The translations under genes were made by a program, and so were the position numbers. Positions 22,726 to 35,664 of a stretch of DNA of 64,000 nt are shown one piece after another (positions within the stretch are counted from its first letter, which is position 1; each line of letters opens with the position of its first letter). A model generated the notes under the pieces. It had not been told where the DNA came from and did not search any database. It was given only the letters and a program-made list of their open reading frames with translations. This DNA comes from an uncultured Rivularia sp. (GTDB taxonomy: Bacteria > Cyanobacteriota > Cyanobacteriia > Cyanobacteriales > Nostocaceae), in assembly GCA_963665115.1 (NCBI GenBank), contig OY762007.1:224001-288000 (forward strand), in the 5' to 3' direction.

Positions 22726-23460
22726 TTATTGTTTATCTTCCGAATCCACAGCTTTATAATCAGTCAATTTAAACAGCGTAGCAGCCCAGCGTTCGTTCGG
22801 ATAAATCTCTTTCACATCTCCACTAAAACGAATCTTCAAACCTTCTTTTTTAAATTCATCGGGTAAATTACAAGGAGCAAATCGACTGCGATTATCTTCA
22901 CTAATAATTATGTAAAGCTTGTCGTGAATGCGTCTAACTGTACCAACTTGATTTTCTACAGTATCTACAGTTTTTCTATTATCAAAAGCGCATTTAGAAG
23001 TCTTTTCTACCTTCTTACCAATCAATCCCAATTCCCTTAACTCTTCACGAGTTTTAGCATCCCAAGGACGTACCGAACCAAAAGCACCATCGTAGACTGC
23101 ATTCCAAGTTTGAGAACCTTCACCTTCCGCAAAAAATATAAAATTACCTCCCGGTTTCTGAATAACATTTTGGCAGGAATGAACATTAAATCCTTTCAGA
23201 TTTACGAGTTTGGGACCATTACCTTTTAAATATCGTTTAACGTAAATTACCAGCGTCTCTCCTTTAACTCTTCTAACAACTCCTTGAAAAACAATCGGAG
23301 TTTTATTTACTTTCTGAGCTAAAGTTAATGCTTGAGCGCCAGGTCCTGGTCTACAAGCATGAGCAGGTTGCATCGGAGCTAATGTTAAAGCTATAGAAAT
23401 TGGTAAAGCAAATCCGATAATTCCTAACAGGTAGCCAGAAGCAGCTTTTGATTTAAACAT
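22726..23460 (-). CDS. Secreted hypothetical protein (NTR/TIMP-like N-domain plus small C-terminal beta domain)
   Basis: Signal peptide ending AHA followed by Cys; VFQGVV, LKG...SC; C-terminal PCNLPDEFKKEGLKIRFSG. Confidence 0.6.
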   Translation of the reverse strand: MFKSKAASGYLLGIIGFALPISIALTLAPMQPAHACRPGPGAQALTLAQKVNKTPIVFQGVVRRVKGETLVIYVKRYLKGNGPKLVNLKGFNVHSCQNVIQKPGGNFIFFAEGEGSQTWNAVYDGAFGSVRPWDAKTREELRELGLIGKKVEKTSKCAFDNRKTVDTVENQVGTVRRIHDKLYIIISEDNRSRFAPCNLPDEFKKEGLKIRFSGDVKEIYPNERWAATLFKLTDYKAVDSEDKQ

Positions 23461-24080
23461 AAAAAATAATCAATTTCTTGGTATGCGAAAATTAACATTA
23501 AAAGGTAGGACTTAGGCATTGATAAAAGTTTAATCATGTGCATTAAGTCATACCTAACAACTGAAAGAACATTAAGCTTGAAAAGCCAATGTTCCTATTT
23601 TTTTAATAGGTTTTATGCTTATCAACTTATGCACTTTAGCAATGAAAATGCCGAAAATAGCAACAGTTCGCCGATGTCTGGGCAATTACCATACAATGGT
23701 CTATTTGTTAAGTGCGTAAGTCCTAAAAGGTTATTTCACCATTAATAAGACTTAATAAATTAGCTTGAAGTTCCTATCGTACAATCATTTAAGAATTTAA
23801 AAAGCTGTATCTATAGATAGATGCAAATATTTAATATTAAAGTTCGTAGTTGCGATGACCGCGCCAATCTGTAATTATCGATCAATTTAAATAAATCCAA
23901 TAAACAATTCCCAAAGAACTACAAAACGTGGTAGGAAACATTGATATAGTATTTCGCCAAATTCTTATCTTTAACAAAATTATTTGTGCAAACCTAAATT
24001 GATGGAGACGTTGCAGTGTGCACGCCGTCTCTACACTATTAAATATAAAAAAACAACCATAATCCAAAATCTAAAATCCC

Positions 24081-25263
24081 ATGTCCGACACTCAAAAAGT
24101 AAGCAACGCAGTAGCCAGTCTTTATAATACCTATCCCTTTCCCCCAGAACCCTTACTCGACGAACCTCCACCGGGTTACAATTGGCGCTGGAATTGGTTG
24201 GCTGCTTACAATTTTTGCACCGGGAGAAAACCGCAAAAACAAGATATTCGTATTCTTGATGCGGGTTGCGGCACTGGTGTGGGCACGGAATATTTGGTTC
24301 ATCTCAATCCCCAAGCAACAGTAGTCGGAATTGATTTAAGCGAAGGTGCGCTAAACGTTGCCAAAGAAAGATGTCAGCGCTCCGGTGCAAATCGCGCCGA
24401 ATTTCATCATCTCAGCTTATTTGACGTAGAAAAAATACCTGGTGAATTCGATTTAATTAACTGCGTCGGGGTTTTGCATCATACATCAGAACCAATTCGC
24501 GGTATTCAAGCTTTAGCCAAAAAATTAGCTCCTGGTGGTTTGATGCATATCTTTGTATATGCTGAATTGGGACGCTGGGAAATTCGCTTAATGCAAAAGG
24601 CGATCGCACTTCTCCAAAATGACAAACGCGGCGATTATCGCGATGGTGTCAGCGTCGGTAGAAAAATATTTGATTCACTTCCAGAAAATAACCGCATAGT
24701 CAAACGAGAAAAAGAAAGATGGGCATTAGAAAATCAGCGCGACGAAAACTTCGCCGATATGTACGTCCATCCCCAAGAAATTGATTATAATATCGAAACT
24801 TTATTTGAATTGATTGACGCTTCCGGTTTAGATTTCGTTGGTTTTTCCAATCCCAGCTACTGGAATTTAGAAAGACTTTTAGCCGCATCACCAGAATTAA
24901 TCGAACGAGCCGAAAACTTAGGAGAAAGAGAACATTACCGATTGATAGAATTATTAGATCCAGATATCAGCCACTACGAATTTTTCCTGAGTCGTCCCAC
25001 CTTTAGAAAAAGCCAATTGGACAGATGAGAATGTACTCCTGGCAGCAACTCCAGAATTAAATCCCTGTATAGATGGATTTCCGGCTTCAACTATATTTAA
25101 TTATGATTACCAATTAATTAGATTGTCAGAAAACGAGATTGAGTTTATGAAAGCCTGCGACAGTTGCTCAACCGTAAGAGAAATTCTAAATAAAGTTCAA
25201 CTCGACTTACAAAAAGTCAAAGAACTTCAGAAACAACAATTGATAATGCTAAGTACAGATTAA
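24081..25263 (+). CDS. Class I SAM-dependent methyltransferase (conserved upstream of the cyanobacterial atp operon); apparent +1 frameshift at 24996-24998
   Basis: ILDAGCGTG, GIDLS, FDLINCVGVLHH; removing one C restores an open frame (PPLEKANW...LSTD*) to 25263. Confidence 0.85.
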
Positions 25264-25814
25264 AGGTTAAAGGTTAAAGTTACCAGTGAATTCCTGTAGT
25301 GCGTTAGCGCAGCGTGTCCGCAAGGACATGCATCTTGCTGACTGGTTATATTAGCGAGCAAGATGCTCGCACTCCTTGTCCCCCCATTACCAATTACCAA
25401 TTACCCATTACCCATTAGCAATCCGAGACTGTTCCGAGTTAACAGTTCAACCTTGACCAAATGCTAATATCGCTGATGACAATACTGTGAATTCGGGGAT
25501 AAAATCCTGGATAAGCGTTTTTCTGTGGCTATCGTCTTCTCTCCAAGAATGTCGAATCGGATAGCTTCTGTTAAACATATTAATCTCTGTTTGTCATCCG
25601 TGTAGACTTGTGTCCTTAACTACTATTTTTCTTCGCCAAGGTTGTTTATGCTTGTAAATGTGTCGAAAAATTAAGGTAGACAGTTAGTTGAATGATGCTT
25701 TTAGGTAACAAGAAGTTAATTGTTTTTTTCTAAAGTAATGTTACCCAACCGTGATATGATTCAACTGACTGGATTTGCAGTCAACATCAAACTTCTGTAC
25801 TGGTTTCAAGTCCC

Positions 25815-26249
25815 GTGAGCTTGTCAGATAATACGATTGAATCCGCGCCTTCGACAATAGAAAATGCTCAAGCTGGTTCTGAGAATGCTCCAGCGGATTC
25901 CATGCAAGATTTCTACAAACTCTATCGGGAGTTGTTAGGTATTACTCTTGCTTTAACGGGGATTATTTTTATCTCTGTTTGGATATCTTATTCCTTAAAC
26001 ATTGCTCTAAATTATTTAATTGGAGGATGTGCGGGTTTAGTTTATCTAAGGATGTTAGCAAAAGACGTTGAGCGCTTGGGTAGAGAAAAGCAAGGACTGA
26101 GTAAAACTCGGTTAGCTTTAATAGTGTTGTTGATTTTGCTGGCAGGAAAGTGGAATCAATTGGAAATATTGCCTATATTTTTAGGCTTTTTAACCTATAA
26201 AGCAACGCTGATAATCTACGTAATTCGTGTGGCATTCAATCCTGATTAG
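25815..26249 (+). CDS. atpI: ATP synthase protein I (cyanobacterial atp1)
   Basis: Four TM helices, FLGFLTYKA motif, first gene of the atp operon. Confidence 0.9.
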   Translation: MSLSDNTIESAPSTIENAQAGSENAPADSMQDFYKLYRELLGITLALTGIIFISVWISYSLNIALNYLIGGCAGLVYLRMLAKDVERLGREKQGLSKTRLALIVLLILLAGKWNQLEILPIFLGFLTYKATLIIYVIRVAFNPD

Positions 26250-26319
26250 CATAAAACTGGGTAACTTTAAAAAGCTATTATCCAGTTAATATGGTCGAAA
26301 CGTAGATTAGGTCAAGAAA

Positions 26320-27072
26320 ATGATAGATTTTCTGAATTCTTTTAATTCTGTAACTCTTGCAGAATTGGAAGTAGGAAAACATTTGTACTGGCAAATCGGT
26401 AACTTAAAATTACACGGACAGGTGTTTCTAACTTCCTGGTTTGTGATTGCCGTGCTGGTACTGGTTTCCCTTTTAGCAACTAGTAATATTAAGCGGATTC
26501 CGAGCGGTATACAGAATTTAATGGAGTATGCCCTCGAATTCATTCGAGATTTGGCTAAAAACCAGATTGGCGAGAAAGAATATCGCCCTTGGGTGCCATT
26601 CGTAGGCACTTTGTTTTTGTTCATTTTTGTGTCAAATTGGTCTGGGGCACTTGTTCCTTTCAAGTTGATAGAGTTACCTGAAGGCGAATTAACTGCTCCT
26701 ACTAGTGACATCAATACAACTATTGCCTTAGCATTGTTGACATCTTTGGCGTATTTTTACGCTGGGTTCAGCAAGAAGGGTTTAGGGTACTTTGGCAACT
26801 ACGTTCAGCCGGTATCGTTCATGTTGCCCTTCAAGATAATTGAAGATTTTACAAAGCCTCTTTCCCTAAGCTTCCGTTTGTTCGGAAATATTTTGGCTGA
26901 TGAACTAGTTGTGGGAGTATTAGTCTTACTGGTACCTTTATTTGTGCCACTACCTGTAATGGCTTTGGGTTTATTTACCAGCGCTATTCAGGCACTAATT
27001 TTTGCTACTTTGGCGGCTGCTTACATCGGTGAAGCCTTAGAAGACCACCACGGTGCTGAAGGGGAACATTAA
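26320..27072 (+). CDS. atpB: ATP synthase F0 subunit a (cyanobacterial atpI)
   Basis: [33 protein letters not shown]. Confidence 0.98.
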   Translation: MIDFLNSFNSVTLAELEVGKHLYWQIGNLKLHGQVFLTSWFVIAVLVLVSLLATSNIKRIPSGIQNLMEYALEFIRDLAKNQIGEKEYRPWVPFVGTLFLFIFVSNWSGALVPFKLIELPEGELTAPTSDINTTIALALLTSLAYFYAGFSKKGLGYFGNYVQPVSFMLPFKIIEDFTKPLSLSFRLFGNILADELVVGVLVLLVPLFVPLPVMALGLFTSAIQALIFATLAAAYIGEALEDHHGAEGEH

Positions 27073-27167
27073 GAAGCCCCATAATCCCGTTAATTGTTGG
27101 TAATAGTAAGTTAATTGGATGTTTAACTAACAACTATCAACCATCAACTAACAAAATTTCAAATTGA

Positions 27168-27452
<285 letters not shown>

Positions 27453-27634
27453 TTTAAGTACTGAGTACTGGCAACAAGTAGAGACGTAGCAGTGCTACGT
27501 CTGTACATTAGTTAGGAATTAAGAGTTAGGAATTAAGTAGGAACTCATAACTCTTAATTTAAAATTCATAACTCATAACTTTTCTTTCATGTTTTCAGGC
27601 TCAGAACTAAGATTAATAATTGGAGCAAACAACT

Positions 27635-28126
27635 ATGATTCATTGGACGACTTTATTAGCTGTAGAAGAAGTTGCTCAAGAAGGTGGTCTATTTGATATA
27701 GATGCAACTCTACCTTTGATGGCAATTCAGTTTCTTCTTCTAGCTTTAATTCTGAACGCAATTTTTTACAAGCCTTTGGGCAAAGCAATTGATGAGCGGA
27801 ACGAGTTTATCCGTAACAATCAATTGCAATCAAAAGAACGCTTGACGAAAGTCGAAAAATTAGCGCAGCAATACGAAGAAGAATTAGCAGGTGCAAGAAG
27901 AGCAGCACAAAAAGTAATTGCTGATGCTCAAAAGGAAGCTGAAAAAACTGCCTCCGAAAAAGTAGCAGCAGCCCAGCAAGAAGCACAAGGACAAAGAGAA
28001 AAAGCATCTCAAGAAATCGAGCAGCAAAAGCAAGAGGCTTATGCTTCTTTGGAAAAAGAAGTTGATGGTCTTTCTCGCCAAATATTAGAAAAGCTTTTAG
28101 GAGCGGATTTAGCAGCACAGCGCTAA
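27635..28126 (+). CDS. atpF2: ATP synthase F0 subunit b' (cyanobacterial atpG)
   Basis: [21 protein letters not shown], coiled coil. Confidence 0.95.
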   Translation: MIHWTTLLAVEEVAQEGGLFDIDATLPLMAIQFLLLALILNAIFYKPLGKAIDERNEFIRNNQLQSKERLTKVEKLAQQYEEELAGARRAAQKVIADAQKEAEKTASEKVAAAQQEAQGQREKASQEIEQQKQEAYASLEKEVDGLSRQILEKLLGADLAAQR

Positions 28127-28686
28127 CAAACTTTAACTTGATTATGAGGAAAGTTTGTAAATTTGCTTGGCTCTAATTCAGTAATTACTAGTTTGTAATT
28201 CGTAATTATTACCCCATATGTAAGTAAAGGGTCAATTCAATTTTGGATTTTAGATTTTGCGGAAAGTTTGGAGTGTAGATTTTCTTCCCCCAAAACTTTC
28301 CAAGACGGATTTTGAATTGCTCTCTTTTTGAAAGAAGAATTAGAGCAATTTTAGAATTTTAGATTCTACATAACGGCGATTAATGATTTATGAAAATTAC
28401 CTTTGTATTTTCCTTGTCATCTAAGTCCGAGTCGCGGTTGAATCTAAGATATAAAATTTAGAATTCAAAAGTACGATTGGTCAGTTAAAGGTAGAAAAAT
28501 ATAAACATAAAAATGTTTTTCTATAAATAACACTGCTTAAAATAAAAATTGATTAATTACGAATTATAAAAAAAGTAAACTACTACTAGTCCTAAAGGTC
28601 ATAGAGAGATTTAGTTTTATAGATGCTTGATTGATACGGCATCATATATTTTATGCTGAAGGCAGCGCAATAGTGGATGAAATAAA

Positions 28687-29244
28687 ATGGGGACTTTTTT
28701 AATATTGATGGCGGAAGCCAGCGCCGTCGGAAGTGAGTTAGTAGAAGAAGCAAGTCACGAAGGTTTTGGTTTGAATACCGATATCTTTGATACTAACTTA
28801 ATTAACTTGGCAATTATTATCGTAGTGCTATTCGTTTTTGGACGGAAAGCTCTAGGTAGTACTCTTAAAGAACGTCGCGAGAAGATTGAAGCCGCGATCA
28901 AAGCTGCTGAAAAACGTACTCAAGACGCACAAACCGCTTTAGCTGACCAACAGAAAAAATTGGCTCAAGCTCAAGAGGAAGCGACTAGAATCAAGCAAGC
29001 AGCACAAGAAAACGCTGGTAAGGCTAAAGAATCAATCCTCGCACAAGCAGCTGTTGATGTGGAAAGAATGAAGCAGACAGCAGCAGCAGATTTGAATACA
29101 GAAAGAGATAAAGCCATAGGCCAACTGCGACAGCGCGTAGTCGCTCAGGCTTTAGAGAAAGTAGAGTCGCAACTCCGTGGTGGAATTGCCGACGATGCTC
29201 AGCATACATTAGTTGACCGTAGCATCGCGCAATTAGGAAGTTAA
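28687..29244 (+). CDS. atpF: ATP synthase F0 subunit b
   Basis: [18 protein letters not shown], coiled coil. Confidence 0.96.
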   Translation: MGTFLILMAEASAVGSELVEEASHEGFGLNTDIFDTNLINLAIIIVVLFVFGRKALGSTLKERREKIEAAIKAAEKRTQDAQTALADQQKKLAQAQEEATRIKQAAQENAGKAKESILAQAAVDVERMKQTAAADLNTERDKAIGQLRQRVVAQALEKVESQLRGGIADDAQHTLVDRSIAQLGS

Positions 29245-29246
29245 TT

Positions 29247-29799
29247 ATGGCAAGTAACACAGCAACCGCAGCAGTATCCCGTCCTTACGCTGAAGCGCTA
29301 ATGTCCTTAGCGCAGTCAAACAACGTTGCAGATAAGTTTGACTCTGATGTACGTTCTTTGTTGAACTTACTGAAAGAAAGCCAGCCACTGCAAAACTTTT
29401 TTGCCAATCCGTTTATTGATGCTGAAGACAAGAAGGGTGTTATTAGCAAGATTCTTAGCGACGACACCAACCCAATCTTTCGTAACTTCTTGATGCTGTT
29501 AGTAGATAGACGGCGAATTACATTGGTAGAGGATATAGGTCAAGAATATTTGGCTAAGTTGCGAGAACTAAATCAAACAGTATTAGCGGAAGTGATTTCT
29601 GCCGTTCCCCTCACCGACGAACAGCAGCAGACAATCAAGGAAAAAGTTAAGGCGATGACTGATGCTCGCGAGGTCGAGTTAGACAGTAAGATTAATAGCG
29701 ACATTATTGGTGGCGTAATTATTAAAGTCGGTTCTCAGGTAGTTGATTCCAGTCTACGGGGGTCAGTTACGCCGCTTATCTTTGAGCTTGAAAGGGTAA
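29247..29799 (+). CDS. atpH: ATP synthase F1 subunit delta (cyanobacterial atpD); apparent +1 G at 29758-29762
   Basis: PYAEAL, NFLMLLVDRRRI, IIGGVIIKVGSQVVDSS; removing one G gives the canonical end SLRGQLRRLSLSLKG* at 29799. Confidence 0.95.
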
Positions 29800-29950
29800 A
29801 TCGGTTTTGGATTTTAGATTTTGGATTTTGGATTGAAAATCATATTAGTTGCTAGTCCTCTTGATTAACAACTATCAGGTATTAATCAATCTAGAATTTA
29901 GAATTTAGAATTATCATTTCTTTTCGTATTGTAAGAAAGAAGATAAAAAA

Positions 29951-31471
29951 ATGGCAATTAGCATTAGACCAGACGAAATTAGTAACATTATCCAACAGCA
30001 AATCGAGCAATACGACCAACAGGTCAAAGTGCAGAATGTTGGTACCGTGTTGTCAGTAGGTGACGGTATCGCTCGTATCTATGGCTTGGAAAAAGCTATG
30101 GCTGGCGAGTTGTTAGAATTTGAAGATGGTACCGCTGGTGTTGCTCTTAACTTAGAAGAAGACAACGTTGGTGCGGTATTGATGGGTGACGGTCGCCAAA
30201 TCCAAGAAGGAAGTACCGTTACAGCTACTGGCAAAATTGCTCAGGTACCTGTTGGCGATGCCATGATTGGCAGAGTTGTTAATGCTTTGGGTGAAGCAAT
30301 CGATGGTAAAGGTGACATCAACACTTCTGAAGGTCGCTTGATTGAATCGATGGCTCCCGGTATTATCGCTCGTCGTTCCGTACACGAACCGATGCAAACC
30401 GGAATTACCGCTATTGACGCGATGATTCCCGTAGGAAGAGGACAGCGAGAATTAATTATTGGTGACAGACAAACTGGTAAAACTGCGATCGCGATCGACA
30501 CAATTATTAACCAGAAGTCAGAAGACGTAATTTGCGTTTATGTTGCGATCGGTCAAAAAGCTTCCACCGTTGCTAACGTAGTTCAAACTTTACAAGACAA
30601 TGGCGCAATGGATTACACCATTGTGGTAGCAGCGAGTGCTTCCGAACCTGCACCATTACAATGGTTGGCTCCTTATTCAGGTGCTGCTATTGCCGAATAC
30701 TTTATGTATAAAGGCAAAGCAACTTTAATTATTTATGACGATTTGACTAAGCAAGCACAAGCTTACCGTCAAATGTCCTTGTTACTACGCCGTCCACCCG
30801 GTCGTGAAGCATATCCTGGAGATGTATTTTACCTCCACTCCCGCTTATTGGAACGTGCTGCAAAACTCAGCGACGACCTTGGAGCAGGCAGCATGACCGC
30901 GTTACCAATCATTGAAACCCAAGCTGGTGACGTATCCGCTTACATTCCTACCAACGTAATTTCGATTACCGACGGTCAGATATTCTTATCTTCCGACTTA
31001 TTTAACGCCGGTATTCGTCCCGCAATTAACCCCGGTATTTCCGTATCCCGTGTGGGTTCCGCCGCTCAAACCAAGGCAATGAAGAAAGTTGCCGGTAAGT
31101 TGAAGTTGGAATTAGCACAATTTGACGAATTGCAAGCATTCTCACAGTTTGCATCCGACTTAGATAAAACTACCCAAGACCAGTTGGCTCAAGGTGTGCG
31201 CTTGCGGGAAACCTTAAAGCAGCCACAAAACCAGCCTCGTGCAGTATACGAGCAAGTTGCAATTTTGTATGCGGGTCTTAACGGTTATTTAAGCGATATC
31301 GAAGTTAATAAAATTACAGATTTTGTTGAAGGATTCCAAGAATACTTGAAGAACAACAAAACTGAATTCAAGCAAGGAGTTTCAGACACAAAAGTACTTG
31401 GTGAAGGCGAAGAAAAAGCTTTGAAAGAAGCAATCGAAGAGTACAAAAAGACCTTCATGGCAACAGCGTAA
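29951..31471 (+). CDS. atpA: ATP synthase F1 subunit alpha
   Basis: GDRQTGKT Walker [25 protein letters not shown]. Confidence 0.99.
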   Translation: MAISIRPDEISNIIQQQIEQYDQQVKVQNVGTVLSVGDGIARIYGLEKAMAGELLEFEDGTAGVALNLEEDNVGAVLMGDGRQIQEGSTVTATGKIAQVPVGDAMIGRVVNALGEAIDGKGDINTSEGRLIESMAPGIIARRSVHEPMQTGITAIDAMIPVGRGQRELIIGDRQTGKTAIAIDTIINQKSEDVICVYVAIGQKASTVANVVQTLQDNGAMDYTIVVAASASEPAPLQWLAPYSGAAIAEYFMYKGKATLIIYDDLTKQAQAYRQMSLLLRRPPGREAYPGDVFYLHSRLLERAAKLSDDLGAGSMTALPIIETQAGDVSAYIPTNVISITDGQIFLSSDLFNAGIRPAINPGISVSRVGSAAQTKAMKKVAGKLKLELAQFDELQAFSQFASDLDKTTQDQLAQGVRLRETLKQPQNQPRAVYEQVAILYAGLNGYLSDIEVNKITDFVEGFQEYLKNNKTEFKQGVSDTKVLGEGEEKALKEAIEEYKKTFMATA

Positions 31472-31808
31472 AATAGTTAGGAGTTAGGAGTTAAGAGTTA
31501 AGAGTTAAAAGATTAAGAGTTAGGAATTAGGAGTTGAAGAAATCAAGGATTAACGGTAAGGGATAAAAAGATACATCTCACAACTAAATCCTAAGTCCTA
31601 ATTTCTAACTCTTAATGGTTAAATGCATTAATGGTAAATAGGTGAAGCATTTGTAGTGGGAGCGTTTCGTTCCTTACTGACAATTAGGGAGCGAGACTCT
31701 CCCACTCCTACAACCTGAAACTAATGAGATAACCATCGATTCCTAACTCCTCACTCCTAGCTCCTAGCTCCTAACTCCTAACTCCTAATTCCTAACTTTA
31801 AAAAAATT

Positions 31809-32753
31809 ATGGCTAATTTAAAAGCGATACGGGACCGCATCAGCTCGGTTAAAAATACCAAGAAAATTACAGAAGCCATGCGCTTGGTTGCGGCTGCAAG
31901 AGTACGCCGCGCTCAAGAGCAGGTAACTTCTACCCGTCCGTTTGCTGACCGTTTGGCACAGGTATTATTTGGTTTGCAAAGCCGTCTAACCTTTGAAGAT
32001 GTAGACTTACCGCTGATGAAAAAGCGCGAAGTTGGCACAGTTGGGTTGTTGGTAATTTCTGGCGATCGCGGTTTATGTGGTGGCTACAATACCAACGTCA
32101 TCAAGCGTGCGGAAAATCGTGCCAAAGAATTACAGGCTGAAGGCTTAGATTACAAACTTGTATTAGTTGGACGTAAAGCCAGCCAGTATTTTCAACGTCG
32201 CGAAGAACCGATTGAAAATTCATATATTGGCTTAGAACAAATCCCTACAGCTTCAGAAGCTTCTGACATTGCTGATGGATTGCTTTCCTTATTTTTATCG
32301 GAAGGAGTAGACAGAATCGAATTGGTTTACACCAAATTCGTATCCTTGGTTAGTTCTCGTCCCGTAGTCCAAACCTTACTACCCTTAGATCCTAAAGGTT
32401 TAGCAGCAGACGACGAATTCTTCCGTTTAACAAGTCGTGGTGGTGAATTTGAAGTTGAGAGAGAGAAAGTTACTACCGAAATGCGTGCTTTCCCTCGCGA
32501 CATGATTTTTGAACAAGATCCGGTACAGATTCTGGATTCCTTGCTACCACTATATTTAAGCAACCAACTATTGCGAGCATTGCAAGAATCCGCAGCCAGC
32601 GAACTAGCAGCGAGAATGACAGCAATGAGTAGTGCTAGCGATAACGCAGCCGAACTAATGAAGAGTCTTTCATTGTCCTACAACAAAGCACGACAAGCAG
32701 CAATTACCCAAGAAATTTTAGAAGTTGTGGGTGGTGCCCAAGCGCTAGGGTAA
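31809..32753 (+). CDS. atpG: ATP synthase F1 subunit gamma (cyanobacterial atpC)
   Basis: [34 protein letters not shown]. Confidence 0.99.
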   Translation: MANLKAIRDRISSVKNTKKITEAMRLVAAARVRRAQEQVTSTRPFADRLAQVLFGLQSRLTFEDVDLPLMKKREVGTVGLLVISGDRGLCGGYNTNVIKRAENRAKELQAEGLDYKLVLVGRKASQYFQRREEPIENSYIGLEQIPTASEASDIADGLLSLFLSEGVDRIELVYTKFVSLVSSRPVVQTLLPLDPKGLAADDEFFRLTSRGGEFEVEREKVTTEMRAFPRDMIFEQDPVQILDSLLPLYLSNQLLRALQESAASELAARMTAMSSASDNAAELMKSLSLSYNKARQAAITQEILEVVGGAQALG

Positions 32754-32987
32754 AGAGAATTAGGATTTATGAGTTAGGAGTTAGGAGTTGGAAGTTGAGA
32801 GTTTTTAATAGCTAATTGTTGATTTTATTTGAATTAACAGTTAGCTATGAAGGTTTATCGAGTTTCAAATTCAATTTATGCAGTGCGGACACGCTGCGCC
32901 AACGCACTACATAATTCAAAATCCAAAATCTAAAATCCTTTGTGGCAATTTTCAAAAAGCTGCACTATAATAAAATATGAAGCACAT

Positions 32988-33365
32988 GGGGCTTTAATGG
33001 TTTCGACGTGGTGGTGAAAGCTACTCGTTGATACAGGTCGAGAGAGAGTCAAATCTCGTAAATAAAGGCTCAAAACAAATAATAACTGCAAACAACATTG
33101 TAGCATTCAAGCGTCAAGCAGTAGCTGCTTAAACTTTTTTCGTACGCTTCTCTCTAGTTTGACTCCGTTAAGGATTAGAGAGCAACCCCCAACGGATGCT
33201 CTAACAAGTTCCCTTTGGTGGACTTATTAGAAAAGACTTTACCAAAGCATCCCACCGTTCGGGATAATGAACGGTCCCTGCCTTAAGGGTTAACGAGGCT
33301 AAGCCTGTGAACGATGCGGGGGTAAATACCCATTGCGGACATGGGTTCAATTCCCATAAGCTCCA
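32988..33365 (+). ncRNA. ssrA: tmRNA
   Basis: 5' GGGGCTT..GGTTTCGAC; 3' T-arm ATGGGTTCAATTCCCAT-AAGCTCCA with G3.U wobble; tag reading frame 33088-33132 ANNIVAFKRQAVAA*. Confidence 0.96.
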
Positions 33366-33474
33366 TAATATTTTCTAATATATTTGAAACACATTTATCA
33401 AGTAAATTTATATCTTGATAGATGTGTTTTTTTATGAGAATTTAGATTCACTTTTAAATAATAAGAATGTAAGA

Positions 33475-34452
33475 ATGGCTGTATCAAGAATAACTGTAAA
33501 TTGTAGTAACCCAGTTTGTAAAAAAGAATTTAATAAACCATTAGCAGAGTTTAAAAGAAATCAAAGATTGGGAAGACTTAACTTCTGTTCTAAATCATGC
33601 TTTGGAAAATTTAAAGGGTTAGCAAATTTTGGGGATAAAGCGAATAAAGATACATCTTATTTGAGAGACATAATAAGAAGAGATGAGTATTCACCCTTCC
33701 GAAATCATCTGAAAGTGATGAGAAAATCCGCTAAACATAGAAAGCACGAATGTTCTGTCACATTACCAAACTTGAAACAATTATGGGAGAAGCAAAAAGG
33801 AATTTGTCCTTACACTGGTTGGAATTTACTTTTATTGCCCAGCACTACAGATTATCAAAATGCAAAATTAACAATAGACAGAGCAAGTGTTGACCGAATC
33901 GATTCTTCTTTGGGTTACACTCCTGACAATATACAGTTTGTTGCTGTAATTGCCAACTTTGCGAAAAATATTTTTACCGAACAAGATTTAATTACATTCT
34001 GTCACGACGTTTATATATATAGAATTTTAGGTGAAAATAACTCGATAGATATAGATGATACAGCTTTAAGGATTTCTGAAAGTGTATTAGGGAATAGTAG
34101 AAGAGACAAATATTCTCCTTTCCGTCAGCATCTCAAACTTGCAAGGAGAAGGGTAAAAAGTAATGGACGAGAATGTAATATTACTCTGGAGTATCTAAAA
34201 CAACTTTGGGAAAAACAGGATGGTAGGTGTCCATATACAGGATGGAAACTAGACAATCTTCAGACAACTAGTGAGTGGAATAGTAATGTATTGCATCCAA
34301 AGACAGCGAGTTTAGATAGGATAGATTCTTGCAAGGGTTATGTTTTTGGTAACGTGCAGTTTGTCAGCGTGATGGCTAATTATGCGAAGAGAGATTTTTT
34401 AGAAACGGAATTGTTGAGGTTTTGTGAAGCGGTTAAATCACCTGCAGCCTAG
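33475..34452 (+). CDS. Putative His-Me-finger (HNH-like) protein: N-terminal Cys4 finger plus two tandem nuclease-like domains
   Basis: CSNPVC...FCSKSC; two repeats of YSPFR.HLK...LKQLWEKQ.G.CPYTGW...AS(V/L)DRIDS..GY...N(I/V)QFV...AN.AK; probable start ATG 33475 (ORF opens at 33415). Confidence 0.65.
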   Translation: MAVSRITVNCSNPVCKKEFNKPLAEFKRNQRLGRLNFCSKSCFGKFKGLANFGDKANKDTSYLRDIIRRDEYSPFRNHLKVMRKSAKHRKHECSVTLPNLKQLWEKQKGICPYTGWNLLLLPSTTDYQNAKLTIDRASVDRIDSSLGYTPDNIQFVAVIANFAKNIFTEQDLITFCHDVYIYRILGENNSIDIDDTALRISESVLGNSRRDKYSPFRQHLKLARRRVKSNGRECNITLEYLKQLWEKQDGRCPYTGWKLDNLQTTSEWNSNVLHPKTASLDRIDSCKGYVFGNVQFVSVMANYAKRDFLETELLRFCEAVKSPAA

Positions 34453-34861
34453 AAGGCTAGGGCTACAGTTACGAAGCCCACCTACGTGGGCTAAATTAAG
34501 CGCTACTCTAAGAGCCATTATCAGTACAACGCGAATCAACTTACCTGTCAATGATTCTTCTAGAGCAATTGCCCGATCAATTTGAGTTGTCATTCTAGAC
34601 CTATCAATAATTATTCAGATTTTATCATCTGGTAGCTGATGTAATTACTATGAATGAATAATTTCGGATCAAAAAACAATGATTGCCAGTGAAAGACTAG
34701 TGCTGTCTTTAGCGTACTACTTAACATATTTATTACTCAATTATGCTTCCTCAAAACATATTTTCGTGAAATAATCTGTATTACAAGGTACATTTTTAGA
34801 TGCGCTTACCCTGGTAGTTATTACAGATTTTCATCATCTATATAGAAAGGATTAATTAATA

Positions 34862-35365
34862 TCAATCAACTTCAGTTACTAATAGTTGCCATTCACTTAC
34901 AACGGCTTTGGGAATTTCTAAAATCTTCTTTGTTGTACCTAATAATGGTAAATTTAATTTTAAAGATTCAACTGTGGTTAATTTCGGTAAGACATCAGTT
35001 AAGCTGTATTCTCCAACATTTGCAGCAGGCGATGAAGTAGCGTAAACGTCAGATGCATTGATTAACTTACCTGATTTAGTTACGATTTCTAAAGAATGGG
35101 GATGAGAAAATTCAAATATACCGGGAAAGCCAACTATTCTTAAATTTAATTCTTGTTTTACACCGGGATTAATCTTTTTAAACAGCAATACCTGCCAATT
35201 ATATTCTTGTTTATCTTTAATAGATACCTGGGAATGATAGCGTAAAACTCCCGGTGCATCGTGATGTTGCCGCAGCATTGCTGTGGATTCTTGGGTAGTG
35301 AATACGATTGCAATTGATACTAAGATTAAGATTATGAAACAGCGGTTTAGTAATTTCGTAAACAT
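34862..35365 (-). CDS. DUF3122-like secreted protein
   Basis: Signal peptide; S..SIKD....WQV.LFK, LRIVGFPG, HP..L, NVGEY; start uncertain. Confidence 0.7.
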   Translation of the reverse strand: MFTKLLNRCFIILILVSIAIVFTTQESTAMLRQHHDAPGVLRYHSQVSIKDKQEYNWQVLLFKKINPGVKQELNLRIVGFPGIFEFSHPHSLEIVTKSGKLINASDVYATSSPAANVGEYSLTDVLPKLTTVESLKLNLPLLGTTKKILEIPKAVVSEWQLLVTEVD

Positions 35366-35664
35366 TAGTTTGGTTTGGGAAACAGAGAGAGGGTAGAGGG
35401 ATTCTTTAAGTAGTGAGTAACGAGTAGCGAGAGCAATTAAGGAATGGATAGTTGAGCAGCCCGGTTGATAATAAGAAACGATAATTGTTAGTTTACTCAC
35501 TACTCACTACTCACTACTTTCTACTCACTACTCCCAATGCCCAATCCCCCATGCCCAAACATATTGTAAAACTTTTGATAAGATATGCGATTTTTCCGCG
35601 ATTTGCTCTTGGCACTTTGTACGAAAGCGAATAAACTGAAGTAATCAGTACAGATGTTCTGCCG

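Noticed and set aside
29800..29855. Extended novel C-terminus of ATP synthase delta (..FWILDFGFWIENHISC)
   Set aside because: It results from the extra G at 29758-29762 reading into a heptamer repeat; the corrected frame ends canonically at 29799.
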